This document shows positions 41,450-53,240 of a stretch of DNA of 64,000 bases, one piece after another (the stretch's first letter is position 1; each line of letters opens with the position of its first letter). Location of the stretch: assembly GCA_964016885.1 (NCBI GenBank), contig OZ024757.1, positions 930,001-994,000 on the forward strand. Direction: 5' to 3'. The translations under genes and the position numbers were made by a program. The notes below the pieces were generated by a model. That model saw only the letters and a program-made list of their open reading frames with translations. It did no database searches and had not been told where the DNA came from. Source of the stretch: Eledone cirrhosa. Its lineage: Eukaryota.

Positions 41450-41565
41450 TGATAACATTTTACACGTTTTTATTGTATGTAAACTTCCCCCTTTGTATTT
41501 GTCCCCTTCTTTTGTGCCCCTGTGGCTAATAAAGAAATATATCTATCTATCTATCTGTCTATCTC
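41450..41565 (+). mobile_element. Very short 3' fragment of a related Tx1-like LINE
   Basis: GCCCCTGTGGCTAATAAAGAAA followed by (TATC)n, as at 37011 and 41391. Confidence 0.7.
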
Positions 41566-41801
41566 AGAGTTTTCTGATCTGCTGTGATTTAATTATAATT
41601 GATAGTTTGTGATCAATAACTATTCAAATAGATTGATTTTAAATCACAGTTTACAGTCAACAAAATGGTACAATAAGGTCTATTTTGATTCCATCTTGAA
41701 TACAAGTTCTTCTCTGTAATATATAATAGATATACAATATACTATGTCTTCTCTGGAGATATGGTTCTTTCCCTATATATATATACCTTCCACTTTTGAC
41801 T

Positions 41802-41832
<31 letters not shown>

Positions 41833-41889
41833 TTTTTTTTTCAAATTCCACCCCGCCCGTCACTTCAATCTATCTTATTTCTCATTCTT

Positions 41890-41925
41890 TCTTCTGATGA
41901 AGGACTAGTGTCCGAAACGTTAAGA
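41890..41925 (+). ncRNA. Minimal type-I hammerhead ribozyme, family A, in a solo pseudo-LTR (41835-42012)
   Basis: TCTT-CTGATGA-A-GGAC-TAGT-GTCC-GAAA-CGTT-AAGA. Confidence 0.85.
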
Positions 41926-42404
41926 CCCTCTTCCTGCTATATCAAGCATTATCTAATATATTCCTTCCATATACTCTACCGATTGTGTTGTTATTTCTGT
42001 TTACCTTTTATATACACACATATATATATATATGTATATGTATGTCTATATATATACATATATATATATATGTGTGTGTTTCTATGCATATTTGTTGTAT
42101 ATGTTTAAAATAAACTTTGTTTAGTCATATTCGCTGTTATATATATTTCGGTGATAACTATTATGCAATGGACATATATATATATATATATGTTGGAAGC
42201 AAGAGGACTGAGAGTGAACCTAGCTAAGACAAAAGTGTTGATGAGTAGAAAAGAGGACAGAACTCTGATTCCGAATTTGATCTGATAACCATATGACAAT
42301 CTCAATCTATTGAAGTGGTCTGACTTATTCACAGACTTTTTTTGCAGTCAAGGATTTTGGTCAGGTTCCTTATATTTAAGCTGCTAGAGATTTTATATAT
42401 CCCC

Positions 42405-42650
42405 ATCATCATCATCATCGTTTAACGTCCATCTTTCACGCTACCAAGGGTTAGATGGTTTTGTTCCATTTGATGCAGGATTGGTCGGGAGACGGAAGCA
42501 TCTCTGGCAGGTTCTCTATGGCTGGATGCCCTTCCTAACACCAATCACATTTACAGTGTTGACTGGGAGCCTTTTTTCCGTGTCCCTTACACAACCACCT
42601 TACAGTGTGGGCTGGCTGCTTTTTGTTGTCACCAAGGGAACATCAACCCA
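42405..42650 (-). mobile_element. RTE/SINE 3' tail
   Basis: (CAT)n-CGTTTAACGTCC..GGCTGGATGCCCTTCCTAACACCAA..TTTACAGTG. Confidence 0.8.
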
Positions 42651-42684
42651 TTAGTGATATATATATAGATGTTCTATATATATG

Positions 42685-42900
42685 TTTAGTGGTAACGATG
42701 TTGGACTTACAATCGTAATGTCGTGGGTTCGATTCCTGGGTTGCGTGTTGTGATCTTGAGCAAAACACTTCATTTTACGTTGCTTCAGTATACTTAGCTG
42801 AAAATGAGTACCATCAATAGCTGGGGATTTAACCCTGTGATGGACTGGCGTCCTGTCCAGGGGGAGTCTTGTTCTCTCAGCCATCTTCAAGTCTCAAAAC
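42685..42900 (+). mobile_element. tRNA-derived CORE-like SINE
   Basis: TTAGTGGTAACG..GGGTTCGATTCC B-box, CTTGAGCAAAACACTTCATTTTACGTTGCT, and GATGGACTGGCGTCCTGTCCAGGGGG. Confidence 0.8.
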
Positions 42901-43064
42901 CAGAATATGCACCAGCTGAATGCGCTGCTAGCAGTGCATGAGGGTGCATGAATGCATATATATGTTTGCTTCTTTGAATAAGTTGTCTTAAAGATATCTT
43001 TTCATTGAGATGTTATATATATTTGTGACAAATTTATATATATGTGTATATATATATATGCATA

Positions 43065-43390
43065 TATTGTTATACTTTTGGAGGGTCATGCTGCCAATAA
43101 AAACACATGCACCTGTTGGTTTTCACTACATTTTATTACAAATTTCCAGTTGGTTCAATAACCGGATGGTTGTTTATTATTTGTCAAAGCTCTTTGGCCA
43201 CACATTCTGTGATGTCCTCAGTGACTTATTTGTTATTTTGTGTCTCTCCTTTGTTCTGTCCTACACCAGCTTGTTTTTGTTTGTTGGTGCTTGTGTTTTT
43301 TATTGGCAGCATGACCCTTCCAAGTATAACAATATCTGTTTCAACACGTTTCAGATAAGAAATCTTGCAAAACAAATACAAAAACAAAGC
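43065..43390. mobile_element. Diverged fold-back PLE derivative, same family as 25305 and 33245
   Basis: ATTGTTATACTTTTGGAGGGTCATG .. CATGACCCTTCCAAGTATAACAAT, plus the same 3' extension TTTCAACACG..TTCAGATAAGAAATCTTGC. Confidence 0.8.
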
Positions 43391-43451
43391 ATATAAACGC
43401 GTGTAACAGGTCGATACACAATGAAAATCTGAAAAAAGCTCATTGATTTTT

Positions 43452-44208
43452 TAAAACGAGTTGGCATAAATTCTATAGAATGTACACAATGCAGAACCTG
43501 GGTACACAAGAGATGTACTGGGATAACAGGCAAACTAACAGGTAGGGAGAAATATGCATACAGTAGATGTACAGGGAAATTTGACAGCAGAAGTCGCATT
43601 GATAGACACATTTTTCAAATGCAGGTGTTATAGAAGTGGTGGATAGCTTCCAGTACCTAGAAGATCAGATTAACATGGGAGGGGGGGGTGTTCCGAGGCC
43701 ATAGTATCTAGAATAAGGATGGATTGGAAGAAGTTTAGGGAGATGCTTCCTCTGCTGACGAAGAAGGGTTTCTCCTTGCTTACGAAAGGCCGGTTATATG
43801 ATGCCTGCGATGGCTGGAGAGGAATGAAGCAAGTATACTCCATTGGATGTGCAATGTCAATGTGCGTGAATGACCAAGCATGGATGAGTTGAGAAAGAAA
43901 CTGGATATAAGAAGGATAAGTTGTGGTGTGCAGGAGAGAAGACTGAGATGGTATGGACATGCGATGCGCATGGAGGATGACCGATGGGTGAAGAAGTACC
44001 AGGAAATCCCAGTGGAGGGAAGACACAGTAGAGGTAGACCACGGAAAACATGGGCGGAGGTGGTGAGAGCAGACCTCAGATTGCTGAAACTCACGGAGGA
44101 GATGACGAAGGACTGTGACAAGTGGAGAGATGCTGTGCTGAATAGGACCCATCCCACCCTTGCAAGCAGGGAAAAGCGTACGTAAAATGATGATGATGAT
44201 GATGATGA
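43452..44208 (+). mobile_element. 5'-truncated, diverged PHD-bearing RTE LINE
   Basis: INSIECTQCRTWVHKRCTGI..; RRLRWYGHAMRM..RGRPRKTW; (GAT)n tail. Confidence 0.88.
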
Positions 44209-44239
44209 TATATATATATATATATATATGTATATGTAT

Positions 44240-45345
44240 ATATCCACCATGTTTCACTAATGGAGTAAGGGCCCTCAAACACAGGAGGTAGAGAAACCTA
44301 AAGGACAAGTGCTTCATCATGATCCCACACCTGGAGAACCACTAGTGCTATCCACAGGGCCAGATGAAAGGGTCTTGACATCTAAATTGGCCACTCGGGC
44401 TTCTCCCTATGGAGATGCCACTCTAAGAAACAATACAACAATATATATAGTCCAGAAGGGGTCATACTTTCTCATATTACCCTAAGTATTGAGTAATCTG
44501 GTGCTTTATGGTCCATCTGGTTTCTTACCACAACTCCTCCGTTATCTAGCTCCTACCCCAGTTGTAGAGCACTTTCCGACCCTACCACGCCATATCCTGA
44601 CCTTTCCATCCAGCTCAAGTTTCTTTACCCGCACCATGCGAAAACACAACATCGACTTCTCCCCCAAGAACATCCCAGTCCCACCGAGAAAACTTTACCT
44701 TTGGATGCTCATGCAAAAAATCGACCTTTTTGCGAAAAGACTAAGATGGAGAACTTTTTTCTATGATAGATACCGTGACAACCAGGACTTCGACACCAAG
44801 GAGAGATTCGGATTCAATACCTACAAATCTCCCCCACCAGACCCTATGCTCTCACCCTTCGAGAACGACCTTTTCCAACTGGTCAAGGGTATTAAATTGA
44901 AACCCAGACACAACCGATTCCTACAACAACTCCGTAGCAAAATAACGGAGTATAAAAGCACCAATGACATCCTGGTGCACTCAGACAAAACTGGAAACCT
45001 CTATTTCGTCAACCCGGACAGATTCCACACACTAATCAGGAGCAGCCTAAACTCCACCTATAAAAAGGCTCACCACTCAATTATCGAGGACATAAATCTA
45101 GAGGGAAAACAAATTAACTCTAGCCTCGGGGTTGCAAACCGCACTAAACCCCTCAACCCACGGACTCCCTACTTCACACTGAAGGACCACAAATCCGACT
45201 TCGACTGCAAACCATCATCAGGCTTATAAACCCGACGAAGTCGGACATAGGGAGAATCAGTAAAAAAGTCCAAGACATAGCCGTCAAAAATCCAGAAATA
45301 GCCGTCGAAACGGCTTGAGCTTTGCCGTCGGGGTCATACTTTCTT
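44240..45345 (+). mobile_element. 5' part of a Penelope-like element (probably Naiad-type), 3'-truncated
   Basis: MRKHNIDFSPKNIPVP..FAKRLRWRTFF..SDKTGNLY..YFTLKDHK then, after a frameshift, LINPTKSDIGRISK. GGGGTCATACTTTCT occurs at both 44458 and 45330. Confidence 0.75.
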
Positions 45346-45946
45346 CTGTATATATATATATACGTACAAAGTGTTAAAACAATCAAATCTTAGTTTAATA
45401 CATTTATTTGCTGACAATTGTTTCTTCCAAAGGAATATCTGGAATCATCGGAGCATAGCGAATGTGTAAGCAGGTGATTAAAATTCTAGTCTTCAGAACA
45501 TTCAGGTAGAGACATAAGTGTTGTCAGTGTCCTAGACATAATGTAGAGAATCGGGAGTTAAAAGAATGTTATGCTTCAGAGACCACAATTACAAGGAACA
45601 CTGGTGGAAAGTGCAAGAGGTACAAGCAAAAAGTACAAGCAAGGAAAAATGTAAGATAGGATAGACATAAGATATTAATATATATATACATATATAAATA
45701 TGGTTCCATTCGGACCACTGCTGGTTGAGCGAAAACATAGAAACTGAGTCATCAGTCTGGGTAACTCACATCTACCAACACGAAGTCGTCTTCCTCACTG
45801 ATTAATGTTTAATTGTTCTCTCTCATTAGTTGGGTTCGAATTCCAATAATTCAGACTTAAATTATTGAGTGAGGAAACAACGGAAGCTGTGTCTATTCTA
45901 TTTCATAAGCTTCATTCCACAACTATATATATATATGTGTGTATAG

Positions 45947-46040
45947 AAGACCCTCTTCCTGCTATTTCAAGCGTTAAACTAATATATTCCTTCCATATAA
46001 TGTACTGATTGTGTTGTTATTTCTGTTTACCTTTTACATA
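45947..46040 (+). mobile_element. Family A pseudo-LTR beginning at the predicted hammerhead cleavage site
   Basis: Starts AAGACCCTCTTCCTGCTAT, the sequence immediately 3' of GAAACGTH in the other family A copies. Confidence 0.75.
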
Positions 46041-46059
46041 TATCATCTATCTATATATA

Positions 46060-46680
46060 TATTTAATGTATAATAAACAATACAGTATAATTACCTCATT
46101 ACCAGAGGTTTCCTGAATAAGACGAATACAAGAAACGTCCTCATTCGTTCGTCAGACAAGGTTATTTAAAACACAGTGAAATATTTGAAAAATCTCCCCA
46201 AGAAAGGCAAAAGTTTAACGGGCAAAAAAATAATTAAAGTAATAATACAAGAGATGTATAAAAAATAAAAATAATAAAAATATAGTAAGGGGATGTATGT
46301 AAATGTGTGTATATGCACCTACAAGTGTACATGTGCGTGTATATACAAATGCATGTGTATAGTGAAAAAATGTGTGCATAAGTACATATTATAACCCCTC
46401 CCATTTACTTTCTCTTTGCCTTAATTTTTTATTCTTATCTTATATATTATTTCATTAATTTATCATATTTTATTTTTTTTATATTTGTAAAGACCTTCAG
46501 TCTGACACCGCGTTGACTTTATACACTCCCTTCCCTGTATATATCACATATGTGTATGTGGTTGCGCGTGTGTGTATGTTTATACGCGTGCGTCCTTTCA
46601 TCCTTGTATGTGTATATATTTCAACCCTTAGTCCCTGAGTCTGTATGTACACTAACTCCATTATCTTACAATTCCTTTTT

Positions 46681-46720
<40 letters not shown>

Positions 46721-47078
46721 TTGTGGTCACACATACACTGATATGTTTGCCCTCATGTATGTACTTATGCATACATTTTTTCACTATACACATGCATTTG
46801 TATATACACACATATGTGCATTTATAAGTGCATATAAACACATTTACACACATACCCTTACTATATACATTTTTTATACATCTCTTGTATTATTACTTTT
46901 ATTTATTTTTTTGCCCGTTAAACTTTTGCCTTTCTTGAGGAGATTTTTCAAATATTTCACTGTTTTAAATTGCCTTGTCTGACCGACGAATGAGGACGTT
47001 TTTTGTATTTTCGTTTTATTCGGGAAACCTCTGGTAATGAGGTAATTATACTGTATTGTTTATTATACATTAAATATT
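46060..47078. repeat. Fold-back element of about 1 kb with diverged arms of about 325 bp and a hammerhead in each arm
   Basis: 46060-46388 approximates the reverse complement of 46757-47075. Confidence 0.85.
46094..46161 (-). ncRNA. Type-I hammerhead ribozyme, family C
   Basis: Reverse complement reads CCTTGT-CTGACGA-AC[GAATGAGGACG/CGTCTTATTC]AG-GAAA-CCTCTGG-TA-ATGAGG. The other arm (46973-47042) has a damaged core, CTGACCG. Confidence 0.7.
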
Positions 47079-47169
47079 TAGCTCTGTAACTTACATAGAG
47101 CACTCTTCATTCTTCTGACTTTTTCAATTTTCAACAGAAACTTCAATACTTATATATATATATATATAT

Positions 47170-48302
47170 CATCATCATCATCATCATCATCAACGTTTAA
47201 CGTCCGTGTTCCACGCTTGCATGGGTTTGGACGGGGGTAGTCCCACTTGAGGCAAGAGTGATTGTCTTGCTCGCATAGGACTGTCTGGCAGGTTTTCTAC
47301 AGTTGGATGCCCTTCCTAACACCAACCACATTTACAGTGTGGGTCTGGGAGGTTTTTACCGTGTTGCCTACACGGCCACATTACAGCGTGGACTGTGTGT
47401 TTTTTTGTTGTGACACCTACACGATCTCATTTGTTTCGGCCTCGATGGCGCGGCACCAACATAACTTTACATAGAACGGGGTGGTGTGGATGGGGTGAGG
47501 GTGGGGGTGGTGGGACGGGGTGTATTTTGTTAGAGATGCCTACTGGCTGGAGTAGGTTTTACTATATATTTAGGTAAGGCGAGTCTTCTCTGTTACTGAG
47601 TACCGCCAAAGGTCTCGGTCCAGTGACATTGTCTTGGAGAGGTGTAAGTGTGTGATGTCGGAGTGTATCAGCTCGTCCCAGGTTTTTCTAGGTCTGCCTA
47701 TTCCGTGACTACCGTCTATCTTTATTGCCCTGCACTTTGTTATACAGCTATCGACTTTCATGCGCATCACGTGTCCATACCAACGTAGCCTTCTCTCGAG
47801 TAAACAACATCTGATCCCTCTTATCTCTAATTTTTTCCTTAGTTCGTTTATGCTTTGCCGTTCACGTATATTACTGTTACACATCCAGCGGAGCATGCAA
47901 GCTTCGTTCCTCTCTAGTCTGCGTATATCCTCTGCACACAATGCCCAGGTCTCACTGCCATGCAGCATTGCTGTTCGTATGCAGGCATCGTACAACCTGC
48001 CTTTCATTTTTAGGGAGAACCCTTTAGCAGCTAATAGTGGTATAAGCTCTCTGAACTTTTTCCAACCAGTTCTGACTCTAGCTACAGTACTTTCAGAGCA
48101 CCCTCCCCCACTGCTGATTTTATCGCCCAGGTAACGGAAGCTGTCCACTATTTCTATAGAACCCTCTGTGCAATTGAAAGAGCTAGTATTTTGTGGGCAC
48201 TTGCTGCTACTTATTGCACCAGAACACCGGCCACATGTAAAATCTATGTTCTTAGTTAGCTTACCTGTGATCTATGTTCTTAGTTAGCTTACCTGTGATC
48301 CC
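47170..48302 (-). mobile_element. 5'-truncated PHD-bearing RTE LINE, same family as 13664-17400
   Basis: DSFRYLGDKISSGGGC..MLHGSETW..RRLRWYGHV; (GAT)n tail at 47170-47190; 28-bp tandem duplication at the 5' junction. Confidence 0.92.
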
Positions 48303-48330
<28 letters not shown>

Positions 48331-48333
<3 letters not shown>

Positions 48334-48490
48334 ACGAAGGAGTTGTGGTATGGAACCAGATGGACCATAACGCACCAGAGTACTCAATACTTAGGGTAGT
48401 AGAGTGGGTAATAGGAAAATGTATGACCCCGATGGCAGAGCTCAAGCCGTTTCAACGGCTTTTTCTGGACTCAGAAATAGCCGTCGAAAT
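48331..48490 (-). mobile_element. Terminal repeat piece of the PLE at 44240-45345
   Basis: Reverse complement of 45290-45345 joined to 44460-44545. Confidence 0.75.
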
Positions 48491-48613
48491 AAATGGAAAC
48501 TATATTTATAAAACCATATTTATTCTATTATATATATTTCAAGGGTATCCATGAAAACTTGAACCATTAAGGTAGTTTTCTTTGTTATGTCAAAATTTAT
48601 AAAACAAACTTTG

Positions 48614-48674
48614 TATTTTATCTGATGAAAACGTACCAAAGTTTTGGTACCCTTGAAATATATATAATAGAATA
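48614..48674 (+). ncRNA. Type-I hammerhead ribozyme, family B, inside fold-back 48487-48708
   Basis: TATTTTAT-CTGATGA-[GTACCAAA/TTTGGTAC]-GAAA-TATATA-TA-ATAGAATA. Confidence 0.8.
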
Positions 48675-48794
48675 AATATGGTTTTATAAATATAGTTTCC
48701 ATTTATTTAATATCATTGAATATTATACTCCAGAAAACTTGTTGAGTGCTCTAAATCAGTTATAAACATTTATATTTGTTGAATATCCCTTTTG

Positions 48795-48965
<171 letters not shown>

Positions 48966-49475
48966 TTACATATATGTATGTGTATATATATATATATAAA
49001 AGTTTAGCTCCAGGTTCTATCGGGGGTAACCAGTGTAAGTAAGGTACTCAATACATAGCAGAGTATAAATATTTGATATAGAAATGGCTTCTACAGGACT
49101 AGAACTGTTTCATTCGGGAGAAATCATCAGGAAGCTGACTGTCAATGTAATATGGTGGTATTTATATCTTTTCTGGTTGTAGGAGAGGGTGGTGATTGGG
49201 ATGGATGATATATATATATATATATATATATACATACATATACATACCCACACACACACACAAATGCACATACACATATACATAGATACATATATACACA
49301 TATATACACTCACATCTACAAATAAATAAATTGGACCTACAGCAATATCCTCAGATAAACCAAGATATAGGCACACACATACACACACACAGATATACAT
49401 ACACACATACATACATATATATATGCATATATATACACAGACACACACACATATATATATATACATATATATCTA

Positions 49476-49797
49476 TCTAAGGCGGGTAAAATTCCCGAGA
49501 TCCATGGACGAGTTCTCTCCAGCGGTCTCTGTCCCTCATTATCGCTGCCATATCCTGCATCTCCAACAGACCAGTGTCTGTCCTTAGGGCATCAACATAT
49601 GTTAACCTTGGTCTTCCTCTTCTAGTGTGTCCATGTAGGGGCCCCAAAGGAGCACTGAGTGCAATGTCAACTCTGGATGTCGGTGAGCATGTCCAGCCAA
49701 CCTCAGTCTCCTCTGTGTCACTTTTGAGCTGACTTTTGGGATGCTCCCACAGCTCTGAGTTTTTCATCCTCAGTGTATACTGATTAATGTTCAGGGC
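49476..49797 (-). mobile_element. RTE-like LINE 3' fragment
   Basis: [27 protein letters not shown], homologous to 31753-31992. Confidence 0.8.
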
Positions 49798-50271
49798 CTC
49801 ACTTACTTATGTATATATACATATATATATACATAAGTAAGTGAGGCCCTGATGCCAAGGAGAGAGAAGAAGAGGCAGAACGTCAGCTCTGCAGACCCAA
49901 AAGTGTGTAGCCAGAGAACATCTGAAAGCTGCCAAGGACCAATTCTATGCTGATCCTACGGAGGAGAGGAGGGAGAAATTGGAGGAGATGAGTGAAGAAC
50001 TCTGTACCGCTTACACCCGACTTCCCACGAGTACAAACTGAGAGATATGTACACTATGATCAGGTTTGGGGTAATTATTGTATGTAAAAGTTTTATAATT
50101 AAAAAGTAGTAAATATGTAAAAAAAGTAGTGCTGTGAAAACGGAGACGTCAGCAACAGACGAGGCGACAGCGGAGAGGGTTGTTCTGTATAAGGAGAGTG
50201 ACACAAGGGATTTTGAGAACAGAGATGACTCCCGAGGAAGGTGAGGAAGATGATGAATTTCAGGAACTAGA

Positions 50272-50643
50272 CGAGGGTGACAGCCAGGAAATGAGGATGA
50301 CAGCCAGGAAATGAGGGTAACAGCCAGGAAATGAGGGTAACAGCCAGGAAATGAGGATGACAGCCAGGAAATGAGGGTAACAGCCAGGAAATGAGGATGA
50401 CAGCCAGAAAATGAGGGTAACAGCCAGGAAATGAGGATGACAGCCAGGAAATGAGAGTAACAGCCAGGAAATGAGGATGACAGCCAGGAAATGAGGGTAA
50501 CAGCCAGGAAATGAGGGTAACAGCCAGGAAATGAGGATGACAGCCAGGAAATGAAGGTGACAGCCAGGAAATGAGGGTAACAACCAGGAAATGAGGATGA
50601 CAGCCAGGAAATGAGGGTAACAGCCAGGAAATGAGGATGACAG
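50272..50643. repeat. 20-bp minisatellite, about 18 copies
   Basis: CAGCCAGGAAATGAGG followed by ATGA or GTAA, mostly alternating. Confidence 0.95.
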
Positions 50644-50770
50644 TAGTCATGGTTTTATAAGATTTGAAAGTGATTAAAATGTTAATAGCATTAATAATGT
50701 TAATTCCCCTTAATTTTATTTTCCATGGATATTCATATTAAATTTAGAATGGGTCCTATATTCCAGTATC

Positions 50771-50771
<1 letters not shown>

Positions 50772-50801
<30 letters not shown>

Positions 50802-51200
50802 TATCACCACCACCACCACCACCATCACCACTGTTTTATGTCCATTCTTCCATGCTAGTTGTCCTGTTGTGGGCAATACCAGGTCAGGTGACCATGTCTT
50901 GCTCATATAGAACTGACTCTGGCCTCGTTTCTACAGCTGGGTGCCCTTCCTAACACCAGCCTCGTTCACAGTGTGGACTGGGTGGTTTTTCTCATGAAGC
51001 CTAAACAACCTCTTTACAGTTGGAAGATGGTGGGAGTAGATAGTCTATATGCTTCAGCTTCGGCTAGTACCCGTGGGAAGTTGGGTCTTCTGTATTATTG
51101 CATAACATCAGAGGTCTCGGTCCTGTGTCATCACCTTTGAAAGGTGAAATAGGGCAAGGTCAGCTTTTATCACCTCATCCCAGGTCTCCCCTCCATGGCT
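50772..51200 (-). mobile_element. RTE LINE 3' end fragment
   Basis: (CAT)n tail and UTR, plus CAGCTTTTATCACCTCATCCCAGGTC, the reverse complement of the TWDEVIKAD region at 36235-36260. Confidence 0.8.
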
Positions 51201-51219
51201 TCCATTGACTTATTCCAAA

Positions 51220-51272
<53 letters not shown>

Positions 51273-51273
<1 letters not shown>

Positions 51274-51712
51274 GGCGCATGGCTTAGTGGTTAGAGCATT
51301 GGCCTTGCAATCGAAAGGTTGTGAGTTCAATTCTCAGACCGGCTGATGTGTTGTTTCCTTGAGCAAGACACTTTATTTCACATTGCTCCAGTTTACTCAG
51401 CTGTAGAAATGAGATGAAAGGACTGGGGTCCCTATCATTCCACTGCAAAATGGTCGTGAAGGTGCCACGGAAAAAAGCACCCAGCCCACATTGTAAAGTG
51501 GACGTGTAAGCGCCACGGAAAAAAAGCACCCTTTCCACACTGTAAATGAGGTTGGTGTTAGGAAGGGCATCCAGCTGTAGAAATCAAGCCAGAATCAGTT
51601 CCCGTATGAGCAAGGCATGGTCAGCTGACCGGACACTGCCCACAACAGGACAACCCATCTAACCCATGCTACCATGGAAGAACGGACGTAAAACGGTGAT
51701 GATGATGATGAT
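51273..51712 (+). mobile_element. Full-length tRNA-derived CORE-like SINE with RTE-derived 3' tail
   Basis: A-box TGGCTTAGTGG, B-box-like GAGTTCAATTC, CCTTGAGCAAGACACTTTATTTCACATTGCTCCAG. About 51445-51710 matches the RTE UTR at 36390-36660. Confidence 0.9.
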
Positions 51713-51733
51713 ATATAAATATATTTATATATA

Positions 51734-51794
<61 letters not shown>

Positions 51795-53173
51795 AATTGA
51801 AGGACAAGAATATTAAATACTCCATCTCTTGGACTCGGTTAAAGAATGCCAATTCCTATCGGAACGCTTCGATTTCGCTAAATTGCAATCTTTGCAATCT
51901 TGAAACTCTATTGATAATTACAAATTATGACAATTAAATGAATTATTCAGCAGCTGCCAACATAAATTTGGTAAAACATTCAAGGCATTGTACAAGTTTC
52001 GAAAAGATATTGACAATTAATAATTTAAAAAAAATATATATATCATTTTTTGCCTTACTCGGGTAAGAATTTATTGAAGTTTTATCCATTGGAATAATTT
52101 CATTAAGAGTCTCTGTATCCTATTTTTTGATTAGGACAGTTCAATATTTAACTAGACAATTGTTGATTTATGGTTTAGAAATATCACTAGATTTCAGAGT
52201 AGATACTTGGTTTAAATGTTCACATATGGTGAATGAGTTATCTTCCTTTTGTTAACATTCTTCGTAAATATTTTTATTCTGTTTGAATAGCTTGCTAAAT
52301 TATATTTGACATGAATTATGTAGTTTAATAATATAAGAATATCTTTAAAAAGAAACTATAATAATAATTACAGAAGTAAATATAAATTAATGAAATAAAA
52401 CTATTGAGAGTAAATATAACTGCAATTTAATCCTGTAATTATATGATAATTAAAGAATAGAAATGATTTTATAAAGAGAATATCCTATTTAAATAAAATA
52501 ATTCAGATAAAAAATGATCTTAATATATATATATTGATGGTGATATATGTATTTTATTATATATTTTAATGCATGTTTAATAATTATTTAAATTTGCTTT
52601 AAAGATGAATTTTTTTTAAAGTTGTAACAAAATACTTAAGGAATATATTACCTAAACCAAAAATTAGAATCTATAATGAGTTAAATTAAATTATATAAAT
52701 TTTTAATTAAACTAATTATGTGACAGCTATAAAAAGTAATGTATATTGATTAATTTTGATATAATATATAAGTATAATTAGCTTAACCATAATCAAATAC
52801 AAGAGATATTCAATAGTTTATGGTAATCGATTGGTTGCCTCAATTGACCTAATATTTGAAAACAACGGTTTTTTCTATCTATCCCACTATATTCCCTCTC
52901 TTTTGTCGTTATTTCTCCTTTCTTCTTCCTCTATTCATCCATCCATTTATTTATTTATTTTTATTCATTTAAATATTTATGTATGTATCTTTTTCTTGCC
53001 TTTCTCCTATTTACACCCTCTCTTATATCTCTAATACGCTCCACGTCCTTTTCTTCTTTATGTTTATCATATTATTTGTGGTATATAAATGTTGAAATTT
53101 GATGAAATAAATCACTGCCAATACAGGAATTGAAATATCAAGACCGTAGCGGTATGTCATATATCAAATCATA

Positions 53174-53240
53174 TATTTTATCTGATGAGGACGTACTGAA
53201 AAAACAACACAGTTCCTTCGAAATATCTATACATATAATA
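53174..53240 (+). ncRNA. Degraded type-I hammerhead ribozyme, family B
   Basis: TATTTTAT-CTGATGA-GGA..ACTG/CAGT..TCC..GAAA-TATCTA-TA-CATATAATA. Confidence 0.55.

Noticed and set aside
51273-51345. tRNA gene (also at 32890, 42685 and 23505)
   Set aside because: A/B boxes are present, but there is no complete cloverleaf and the sequence continues into a SINE body.
51800-53100. Possible host exon or promoter in AT-rich unique DNA (also 53900-54780)
   Set aside because: No recognisable ORF or protein motif and no supportable splice pair without transcript data.
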